From a virus (taxonomy: Duplodnaviria > Caudoviricetes), in IMG/VR virus record IMGVR_UViG_3300017729_000002, positions 1 through 61,035 of that record: 61,035 nt of DNA; one strand, 5' to 3'. The notes beneath the pieces were generated by a model, which was not told the DNA's origin, searched no databases, and saw only the letters and a program-made list of their open reading frames with translations. Below, piece after piece: positions 7,393 through 19,300 of the stretch. The translations under genes were made by a program, and so were the position numbers. Numbering within the stretch: position 1 is the first letter of the stretch; each line of letters starts with the position of its first letter.

Positions 7393-10300
7393 TTACTGAG
7401 TCTTCTTTCTTTTGATTACTGAACCCTCGGACAGGAGGTACTTCTTGGGATTAGCATTAATCCATTTGTAAGCTTCCTTAATCCTAGCAAGTTTCATCTG
7501 CTTCTCTTCTTCCGTCTTGGCAGTAGCGATCATCCTCTGAGTAAAGTCAGGTGTCAGGTTGATGCCATCCATGACCCCGTTCATCAGGTTCTTAGTTCTA
7601 CGTTTTGATAACACCTCACTAGCCGTCTGGTAAATGTGCTTGTCAGACATCCCATACTTAGAAGCACCTCGCATCATTCTGATCGCGTGGTTAGACACAG
7701 CCTGTCTGTCCTCATACTCTTCCTCAAATATCTCAACAATGCTTTGTTCAGATATAGGCTTGAGGGATCGGAGTATGTTCTTTCGGGATTTAATATTAGC
7801 AAACTCTCGACGGCTCTCATATAGGTAGTTCGTAAGCTGACGCTCAGGATCAATGGTGTGCACCTTGAACGGTCTGACCGCGCCATATAATATATTCTGA
7901 ACAGAGTTCTCTGGGTCAGTATATACCTCGTCACTCGTAGCCGTCTGATATGCTTTGATCGCACGCTTCAAAATGTCAGGGCTATACGCCTCGTTAAACA
8001 AGAATGTCAATCTCTTGATAGCCGCCTCCCCTGTCGTGTCCGAAACATTCTCGACGATAGGTTTGTTGTTCGTCGGGTCCCTGTTCTCTATGACTGCAGT
8101 CAATGCACCCGCCGCGATCTGTTCATCTAGATACTGATCAACAAACAGACCATTGACTAAGGCCGCGCCCGCTTCACCAAACTCACCTCTGCCCATCTTC
8201 TCAAACGCCCTAACTACAGGGTCTGCGAGTAGAGCATATGGGTTGATGAATGTCAGGTCAATAGTCTTATACTTGTCACCACCTCCGAAGAACTTACTCC
8301 ACTTAGGTGGGATAGATAAGAATGAGTTGCCCCTTAGGTATTCGGGAGCAGTCTCACGTTGGAAGTCCTGCATGTCATCATCCTCGGTACCAGCTATACC
8401 TGCAAGTATAGAAGCCACTAGGCCCATGCTACCAACACCGACCGCGAGCATACCAACCATACGCTTCAACCCGCGAGCCTTGATAACACTACTATCACTC
8501 CTCATCTCCTGATTTGCGAGCTTGAATGTGTTGAACACCACCCTCGGAACCTCAGCCTTGAATCGGATAAAGGGTGCTACTAAAGCACCGATGCCATGTC
8601 TCGCTATGTCTTTAACAATAGGAGGAGCTTGGCTAGATGACTGTGCTGTCATCAAAACTTTATCCCGTGCCATTTGTTTGAGGTCCGAGTCAGAGTAGTC
8701 AGCGAATGAGCCACCTTCCTTCTCGGCCTTAGCCTTAGCTTTACGTAATACTTTAAGCTCGTTCTCGTAGTAGGCTATCTTATAGAAGCCGTCCACTGCA
8801 CCAGCCATCCGAGTGGCTACTTTATAAACCTTACCAAACGTAGCCTCCGTACCCTTAGCCGCAGCCTGAATTAATTTATTCTGCTCACTGATAACATCAG
8901 ACAAGTTACGGGTACCATCCAACATGTCCTTCATCAGCGTGGATCTTAGCTCATTATCAATAACACCCAGTGCGGACAGCTCCGTTAAGTAGGCGTCCAT
9001 CCTGTTCGGATCTTTGAGTTCGTCCCATACATACTTGGTCTTAGCAATCATGGATGCCCCGTTAACAAACCCTTGGGATGGCCCGAAGAACACGATGTTT
9101 GATAACATGTTTCGGATATAGAAACCTATCGAGCCTAATGTCTTAGTAGCCATAGACAAACCAGATGCCTGTCTTAGTGTGGATGTCATGAACCCAACTA
9201 CTTTTTCTGAATCGGTGTCGGTCTCGGTATTGATGTCAGACTTGAACAGTTCGACTAGCCCCTCGCGCACATGCTTTGGTGCATACATCCCACGGAGTGG
9301 GTTGTTAGCGGATGTCTTCTTGGGTGTGACCGCGTCCCAGTCTTCGTAGGCTTCGGGGTCTTTCTTCCGAGCGGCCTTCAGTTGCTTAGCCGTCATTAGG
9401 AATCCTTCTTTCTGACCCATCTTCTGGATGTTTGAGAACATAGCCTGATTCGCCGCCATGGTAGACACGGTTAGGAAGGTACGCACTAGGTTGTCTACTG
9501 TAGCTTCAGTACCAACCTCACCAAGCAACGCCCGTAGTCGGGGGTCTAGGTCTTTCTTCTCTTTGAGATTATCTTCAAGGATCTTAGCATCATCATTACT
9601 GACAACGTCATTCTTACCTGCTCTCTTATACTGGGCTAAGAACTTATCCACTTCGAGCTGACCCATGGTCTTCAGACTATCGGGGCTCTGCTCTTGGAAC
9701 TCTGCCTCTACAATTAGATCAGCTTCCTGAGGGTTGAATACCAGACCAGCGTTCTTAGCTTGCTCACGCAACTCGTCTCTTCTCTTTAACTTGAGATCCT
9801 CAATGAAATACTTACCAGCCTCTTCCCTTATGCCCGCATACTCAGGTGAATTACTAGCGTGCTCATGGAATCCAGTCTCAGTAAACATACGATACTGAGT
9901 GGTCAGGTAGATACCTTTCTGCACATCGAAGTGTGCTTTCATACCCTCGTCCATACCATAGAGATCCTTCATCTTCTCTTGGATAGGTTCGATCAACTCA
10001 GACCTAATATCCCGTATGGTCTGTGCCAACTCAGGAGATACCTCCTCAAGTTCAGCCAGAGCCTGAGTTTGCTCAGCTATAATTTGCTTGGCGATAACTT
10101 GTTTCTCAGCTAATAGCTTACCAAACTTATTATCAGCCGCTATCTGCTCGTCTAGTTTCCTCTCCTTTGTAGACTCATAAGTTGTCTGGGCAATGGTGTC
10201 TAGCTCTGCTTGATACTCGTCCTCGATCTCTTTGCGTCGTTCACGTGGGACAATCGCACTACGACCAATGGCCTTGTTGAGACGAGCAGTGTCCGAGCTA

Positions 10301-13300
10301 TCTAGCTGGTCACCATATGCTTCCTTCATGAGGCGATCAAACTTAGTCTTGAAACTGTTCGCTGTTTTCTCAGCCGCGTTCCTAAAGAACTGACGATTCT
10401 GAATCATACGCTCTATCCTAGGATCTAGGGCGCCCTTTAAGATTCTGCCAATTAAACTAGTCGGGGCATCATACCCACCTGTGGCATAGAACGGTAGCTC
10501 CAGCTGGTCAATGAACCCTGAGTAGTCCATCTTGTCTGGGGTAAATCCTTCGGACGGAGCGATAGCTGACTGTAATCCCAAGCTCCTACGGAACCTGACA
10601 TCCTCAGCTGTTTGCCCATATATCTTGTTACGGTAGCGGTTAATGATACCTTGGTCACTTGGCGATGTTATCTCCCAAGTCTCATTCCAATTATCATCTT
10701 GGATGATGTTGGCAAAAGCCTCGGTAGCACTATCAAAACCAAGATATTCCTGCCGCTTTAGTGCATTGCGAACTGACTGTGGCATCCTTTCCAAGTCCCC
10801 CCGCACTGCACCAGACATCAGAGCCTCCCCCATGAACTGCTCATCGTATTGATTAGGATTTCCAATAGCGGATTGGAGTCCACTTGTTCTAGGTGCGTCT
10901 TCAGTCTCCATGACCCATTCGGGGAGGAGGCCAATCTTCTGATCTGCAAAGATAGTTTCTTCACCCGTGGCCGTTTGATTAAACTCACCATAAGGACCAT
11001 AGTTCACCCAGCTGTTTTGTGCTCTGGTTTCTGTAGTTAGTGCTCTTCTCGCCGCCTTGGAATACATTGTAGAATGAGACCTCCATGCATTCTCTTCACC
11101 ACGTGCTCTAAATCCTACACCATTTCGGATGTGCCCGAAGTAATCATGTACTGCTCTAAATATATCATTTGCTAGTACTTCTCTGCCACCCCATGTATAT
11201 GGACTAACTTCTAGGAGTGGGTTATCTGAAGGGTCAAATCCACTATCAGAACCAAACCCGTCTTTAGTTCCAAAAACATACATGTGGTTGTTCTCAACCA
11301 CATCTAGTATTGCATTTCGAGGGTTCTTATATGGGTCTTTACCCGAGGGTGCAAACTCTAACTTAACTCCCGCCTCAATCATTGCATCATACTGAGCATA
11401 CGTCTCAGCGATTAATGCTTGATATGCCTCGGCTACTTCAGGGTCCGATGGGTTGTGTTGTAGTTTATCAAATGCTCTTGCAATCCTCGCCGCCCTCTTT
11501 TCATTGACTGGGGCATAGTATGATATAGGAGTTTCCCCAATACCTGTCTGTTGCTGGTATTTTTCAGCAACATCTTGCGCGGGTTTGTACCCAGTAAATA
11601 TGGTAGGAGTCCCATCGACCCTTACTGTGACTGGGAGCCCTTTGAGGTGACCCCCCGCGTCCCCGCCGTACGAATCTTTTGCACCTCCAACCACGAGATC
11701 TTCTCTTCGTTGTCTTGGGAGAGGGGCTCCGATTGCTGATTGAAGACTTCGTCCATCAGTATATCTGCGGGCGTCCTCTCTAGTTCCTTCGCGCTCACCC
11801 TCGACGCGTTCAGAAACCTCTCCGCGTCCTCTGGATTCGATGTAAGACTGGACACCTGTTCCGAGCTTAGCTTGTTTGTATTCTTTTTCATGTGTTCTTA
11901 ATGTTTGTTTTTGTGAAGTTGATAATACCTCGAGATCTAGGGTCTGGTCAAATAAATATAATCTTTCTTTTTGTAAGAACTTAATGATTGCCCGACCCTC
12001 AACAAATGTACGAGGTGGCCTATCCTTCGGATAAAAAACATCAGCCGCGTCATCAAAGCTAGACTTGAACGCTCCTGTTTCACCAGTCCACCCATTCTCA
12101 TCCCATGTTTGTTTCTCACCAAACCACACCACCGCCTGAAGATCGTCGGGAGACATGTTTAGTTTCTGGGCTGCTTCTCGGAACACTATCTGACCTAACG
12201 CGAAGTCTTGGTTTTTAACTCCCGTCTCTGCTTTGGGGATAATTCTCCACCTCTTTGTATTACCCGCGTATAAAATTCGGCGTAGAGTCCGTGCCGCCCA
12301 CACATCAATGGTGGCTTCAAGAGACTCCCCACGTAAGTTCATTGCAAATTGTGGTGTCTTAGGTGCTTTTGTATTTTCCCGCCACACTCCAGCAAGCACC
12401 CGCAGAGATGGCATACTATTTTGGCCAAACTTCTTTGTTGCATCATACGACTGGGTCAAGGTCATCCCTGACCGATCCACCCATCGCTCTACAATATCCT
12501 GTGCTTTGACAGTCTTGGCTTGTTTTGCGGTAATCACCTGACGCTTGACGGCTTCGGACACGAGGGTTCCCGCATTGATAATATCATACAGTTCTAGGTA
12601 CTGCTTTATGTTTGAGTCAAACTCACCTGATTTATACCTCTGATAAATTTCAGCGGCATATATAAAGTTTTGTTCGACCCCTGTGTTAGCAGACGTAGCT
12701 CCGAGTAAGTTAGTAAATATTACAAGATCTTCTTCTGTGAATATCTCTTTTAATCTGGATTGCATCCGAGTGTACCACCCCAGTCCCGCCGCTACATCGG
12801 GACGTTCCATCATTTTATTAGTCTCCTCAACGAGACGTTCAACCGCAGCATCGACAGCACCACTATCAATTAGTTTTTGAATGTCTTTACGCCCCCTTGG
12901 ACCGACTTCGTAGTGGAGGGAGTCATAGTCTAAAGGTTGTGAATAAGGCTGGTCTTTTTTAGGGGCGGTCTTAAAGAAGGGAGCGCCTATTAAGTTATAT
13001 TGTTGATTCTTAGGCTCTCCTTTGGCGTTAAGAGGAGTTACAGTAATCTCTTCTCCATACTCACTTGGCTTAGCATACCCATAGTTCTTAGCTATACCAG
13101 CTTGTAACCCGTCGGATCGAGTAAGGAACTCTTCTGGATCAGTAGTCAAACCTTCCTCAAGTTTGTCCGCGAGGACAGCCAAGCCTTGGTCTGGTCGTGT
13201 TGGGTCAAATGCAATAGATGATTCCTGAGTCCTGTATCCTGCTTTGATGGAACGTAGTTCGTGGATCAGGCTATTGACTGCCGAGTCCATGAATCGGTTA

Positions 13301-16300
13301 CCCTCACCGTTGTTAAGCTCCTTCTGGAACTTACGCATTTCAGCCATTCGTCGGAAGTATCCACTAACATAGCGGAACATGATCTTCATTAGCGATGGGT
13401 TGGTGCGGTAGAACGCCCAGTCTTGTTCTGTTGTAAAGCCACTAGTCAGAACTTCCATACGCATACGTAGGTGCTCTTCGGTTAGCCTAGCCTTCAGGTC
13501 CAGTAAGTCAGCCTGACCTTGTTCATCGAGATCGGTCGCACGAATCAGGGCAAGGGCTTCAGCGGCTTGCTCAGGTCGGTCAGCATAGTATGACTCAACG
13601 ATCTCTTCATACATGTAGTCAGGCAGGGTGTCAGCTAACTCGTCTATCTCCTCTTGTGTAAGTGTGTTAAAGGAAGCAACGTGACTTAGCTCATGTGACA
13701 TGACCTTTGCTACGATTAGTTTCGATGATGCTAATCCGAGGTCCTGAGTGAGGTTCATAATGAACGCGGGGTTGACTACAACCACACCGTCGCGGAACTC
13801 AGCCGCAGCATTGATGGTCCGATCAATTTCCAGCGGCACCTCTGGGGGGACTAACTCCCTAGCCACGCGGAGGAGAGCCTCTGCTTTTTGTTGAGCCTCA
13901 CTAATCTGAGCTCGGTTGGTTACGCCCTCCGTGTCAGTATCAACTTCCGTGAGTTCTGACACCAGCTCGTTTAAGTCTTCTGCCGCTTTTTGTGCTATTA
14001 GTTCATCCTCAGTAAGCTCTACGTCTTGCTGTGCCTCAGCCAATGATGGATCAGAGTATACAGCGGGTACACCAGTAGCTTTAAATGCGTCCGAAGTCGC
14101 CTTCATGTTTGCAGTAACCTCTGCGACTACTCGCTTGGCACGGGTCTTAGACCTAGGATCACTCACTGATACTGTTGACTGAGCTAAGTCAATCACGTCC
14201 GTCAGCGCATCAGCATACTTAGATGCCTCCTCAGTTGTCACGCCTTTACCGAAGAACTTAAATATAGAATCCATGATCTTACGGAAGAAACCACGACCAC
14301 CTTTATCAGCACCTAAACCTTTAATCTCTGCTTGGAGTTCTGGGCTTAGCATTATACCAGCCACAAACTCGTCCATGTTAACTAAGGAGTCCATCAGAGC
14401 GCTGTTGGATCGGTAACCAGCGGTACTAGCCGCCTCAGATATCTCTTGTCTTAGTGCATCGAGCCGCGTAACCGCATCCAGTTGGGCTGGGGTCAGTGTA
14501 GAACGTGGCTGGCTAAGGACTTTGGTCAGGGTAGCGTGTACATATTCCTCTAGGAGTACGTTGGATAGTCCGCGACCGTTGTGCCCATCTAAGTTCAGGA
14601 CGACTTCTAGACTTCCATCTGTCATGGTAGTCTGCATCCCAGCGAATGGCAGGTTCGCGCTAATGATTGTGAACTTCACATCACGTACCAATTCCACGTT
14701 CTCTAGGATCAGATTTGCAACTAACTTATGTGCAGTTGTCCCTGTCTCAGCAATCTTTTGAAGTGCACTTACGACACTATTTGAATCCCCAGACACCAAG
14801 CCTAGTCTTTCAGCTTCAGCTTGGTTAGCGGCCCTAGCAATCTTACGTTGTGACTCAGCAATGCGGGATCGGGACTGGTTCTTTTTGACGACGTTCCTTG
14901 CGTTGGTGTTGTGGTCTTTGTTCTGCCGTGGCGTGCCTGTACGTACGACATTGAACCCTTCAGTAATTACCCTGTATAGGTCAGGGTTGCTGGACTCGAG
15001 ACTTCCTAAAATTGTCTGTAGATTTTTACTACCTACGTTTTGATCAAGAGCTCGTTGGGTCGTCTCAGCGATCTCCTTGGTCTCCATCCTCGATATTACA
15101 TTAGCGGCATCTTGGGAACCTCCCGCTAATTCTGTAGCCAGATCTACGAGTATGGCTCTAGCTTCATCACTCTCATATAAAGATTCAGCTACGTCGCTAT
15201 CTTGATCAATAGCATTATTAGCCTCATCACGGCTTACGGGATCTGTGCTAACAGCTGGTATGGATGTGTCCGTATCCTCGTTAAACTGCGATCTCTCCGC
15301 ATTGTTCTGCGTGTCTCTAACCCTCTTAGCTTTCTGCTGCTTCCTGAAGTTATCGCTAGATAGCTGAGCAATGAAACTCATAGGAGGCATCGTATTCTCC
15401 TTTAACAAGGGGTGGTTAACTATTTCTTGTAAAACAAAGTTGGTAGTTCTTTTTGGGAAGCTACTACCAGCAGTCATAGATGACACTTGTTTCAGTTGTT
15501 CGTTTAACTTAGCACCCGTGAGCTCCCTATACCTAGTCTGCTCTACGAAAGCTTGAATTAACCTGCTTCGGTTAGTTGCAGTGTCTTGCCTCAGTTGTAA
15601 ATTCCCTGTTGGCTTTCCCTCTTGGTCTACCTCAATCGTCCCGTCCTTATTTAATTTAGCAGTTAATAGTTTACCGACAGGACCGTCGAGAATGTTCTTT
15701 CTAGCAACGTATGCATTAGCGACTAGCATAGTCTCAACTACAAAACGCTGTGATGCAGCATCAAAGAAATCACCTTCGAGCGGGGCTACACCTTTACGGT
15801 TCATTAGGTTCTTCAACGTACCACGAGAAGAACTTTTTTCAGGATCCGAACTCATCGCGTTACTGATGAACGTAGTTACGTTGTTGATGAAATCCCCAAC
15901 CGTAAATACTTCACCATCTTGTACTTTGGATTTTGTTCCATCAGCTTGAGGAGCTTCGTCTATTTCTAATGGGGTTCCATAAAACGACTGATCAAATAAG
16001 CCAGCCCCCGCTGACTTCTTTAGTAGTATGTTGTAGTTGGCTTGTGTGGACGTTACTTTATCTGGATCTGATCCATCCTGAAGCATACCCTCGTTCTCAT
16101 TATTTACAGACAGCACACTAAGGACTCGCCTTGTGTCTGGGTCTGCGATGATAGAAGGGTTTAGTTCCACGCCCTTAGGGACGATTACAGTCTTACCTGC
16201 TTTGAGGTATTCCGCTGTAAGTACAGGGTCATTGTCAAACACGCCACGACCACTAGAGTCTAGGAATCCTTTGACAGGAGCTCCCTTTGAGCTAGACATC

Positions 16301-19300
16301 TTTTTGGTGTGCGGGTTGTAATGCACCTGCTTACGACCCTCAAATACTTTACCACCCTCTGGCTCAGTGAGTGGTGTGATGGGCCACGTGTCATAAATCT
16401 GACGAGCCACCTCAGTAGATACTCTGGGGTAGTAACCTTTAGGTTTCTTGGAATACTCGAAGCCTGACTTTGTTTTGGCAGTTACGCGTGACGGGAAGCC
16501 AGAGGCCACTAGTGTGTCAAATGATACTTGGTCTTCCTCAGTATTGAGAAACTCGAGTATCTCTGTTACTGGAGCTTCAGCAGTACCTGCTTCCATGGGG
16601 ATGTCAATGTCCTCCTCGGACTCAACGACACGACCCTCCTTGTCTAGATTGATCAGCATCTGTTCATTGACCTCTTCTAAGTCTACCCCCTGTTCAGCCG
16701 CTTCTTCAATCTCTTCGGGGGTGACTGGAGCCAGCGCATCAATATCAGCTCCACGGACATTAGTTTCGTCCCCTAGGTTCAGCTCTTGTTGAACTGCTTG
16801 TGACTCCTCTTCGGTAAGGTTGTCTAGTATGGGAGCCGATTTTACGATTACCTTTTCTTCAACCTGTTGCCGCTCAAATAACTGTAGCTGAACTTCTTCA
16901 AGCGTTCTTTCAACCGACTCTGGGTCTACATTACTGTCCAAATTTTCTAGGGTTGCTCCCACTAGCTCAGACATAATTGGCATCCCGACCCAGTCACTAG
17001 TCGCAGGATCTCTGACACCGATAACATAGTTCTCTAAGTCCAGCATGTAGTCTGCATCGGGACCCTTCAGGAGGTTCTCCTCAGCCTCTTCAGGTGTTAA
17101 GCGTCCCGCAAGAGCACCTTCGCCCTCTTGGTTGAGCCAGTCTGCCATGCGCTGACGTGTACCCACTTCATCTAATGTTACGTCATTAGACTCAGGGAAA
17201 CCTACAATGTTTCCATCCTCATCTTTTGTTAGTGTTCCATCCACAACAGCCTCGGCTATTTGTAATGAGCGAAACAACCCCGATGTCTCCGCAGGATCGA
17301 CCTCTTCAAACAATTTGTATTGATCATCTGTCATCTCCTCTTCGACGAGATAATCATAACGCGCTTGTTGCTCCTCATTTAATTGAGCTGAGTCAGACCC
17401 TTCGGGCGTAAACCATGAGTTCAGGGGGAGCGTAGTCAGTTTATCTGTATCGTGTGATAACTTCTGACTTTGAGATCTAGGATCTTGTGGCGCGGGGGTA
17501 GTAGTGTCAGCTTGAGGGGCATCAGGATCTAGCTTAAGGGTATCCTCGATCTCTTTCACCCTTTGAAGTTGATCTGGTTTGAAGAAAGTTTGCTCTCGTG
17601 CCAACTCTTTAATACCGTTCAGTTCCTCTCGAAGTTCATCTTCTCGAGCTTTTTGTGCAGCTGGACCCGCTAAAGGTTTTGGAACAAATGGGGCTGGTTC
17701 GCTAGGTGCCCCCTCCTCTGCCGACGCTGCTGCTTCAGTAACCTCAGGTGTAGCACTAGGATCTAACTCTTGTGTCAGCTTAGCCCTAGCCTCATCAGCT
17801 CTTTTACCTCGAGCAGGACCTGTCAATATATCACGGACCACTTGTCCAGTAATTGGTGCGGCCGCTGTATCTAGTTCTGCGACGACATTGTCTACAAAAT
17901 CGAGCTCTAACTTCGCTTGATCTCTACGTGACTGTTCACGTAAACCAGATCTACTTGCTAACTTTTGGTATGCCCCCATACCACTACCAATGATGCCCCC
18001 AGTCAGACCTGCTCGGTAAGCTGATTCTAATCGAGCCATTCCATCAGTGCTCTGGTCAGTGTAGTAGTCAGTGATGTAAGAGTTAACGAACTCATCTAAA
18101 CCCTCCTCAAGGGCTTCCGAAGTAAACCCATCAAATGCTTCGCTGACAATATTCTTCTGACCCGCAAACTTCCCAGCGTTCTTAGCCATGTCTTTGTGGA
18201 TTTTGCCCACAGCATTCGCGAAGATCTTCACTGAGTCTTCCGACCCAAGTTTGACCCTAGACCCTATGTTGCCTAGCCGCTCCACGACACCTAACGCTTC
18301 CCGCTTGGTCATTCCTTTAATGAATGCATCCTCGATACCACCCTTACCAATGGATCTGAAGGCCTTCATAATACCAATGGTGGAGAATCCAGATACTATC
18401 CCAGATCCGAAAGCCCTATCATGCTTCTCTTCGTGAGACATGTCAGGATTCATCTGTGTGAGTGTGTCATATGTCGCAGCATAGTTAGCACCCGCAGACC
18501 TAGTAAATGCGGGGGTATTGATTGCGGCGTCTTGCGTCCACTTATTGGAAGCTATCTTAGCAAACGAATCAATAGCTCCCATGGCACCTTTCTTGATCTC
18601 ATCCGTAGCTGGCTCTAGGATGTAACCATCCTTAACTAATCTCTTCAACGCTACCTCCGAGGACTCCTCTACTCCATCCACAACCAAACGCTTAAAGGGT
18701 GAGTTCAAGGTCATACTCTTAACAATACCTTTAGTCAAAGACTTAGTGGTCAGTTTGGCTCCCTGTTTAGCTGCGATCAGCATTGCACCACCAGCGCCAG
18801 TAGTTGCAGTTAGTGCAGCGGTCGCTGCCATGTCAGCAAAGACAGGTCCAATAGTCTCCGCCACATCTTGCCCTATACCAAATTCAACACCAAACAATCT
18901 TGCTCGCTCACGGCGTTGGGCATTGCGTTGGTTAGCTTCGATAAGTTGTTCTCTGGCCCACTCATTACCAGCCATTGCCATTGGTGCTGTCACCATCGAA
19001 ACAAATCCCTGTCCCCAAGCAGCTCCTACACCCTTAGCGCGTGCTTCAAATTGACTGTAGTTGTCTGGATCAGAGAGAAAATTCTCCAATATAACGTGGT
19101 CCTTAGTGCCAGCGGCCCTACCTTCTTGCAATGTACCTAACCATTCCTCAGCATCAGCGCCTTTGCTAAGCAGCTCATTGGCTGAGTCAAAGTTTTGAGC
19201 AGACATCGCCTCACGGTTGGCTCTAAGCTGAGCCTTATCCGCTTCAGTAAGATCAGTGTTTGCATTAATAGCCTCTTCAAACTTAGCGACGTTGGAGACA

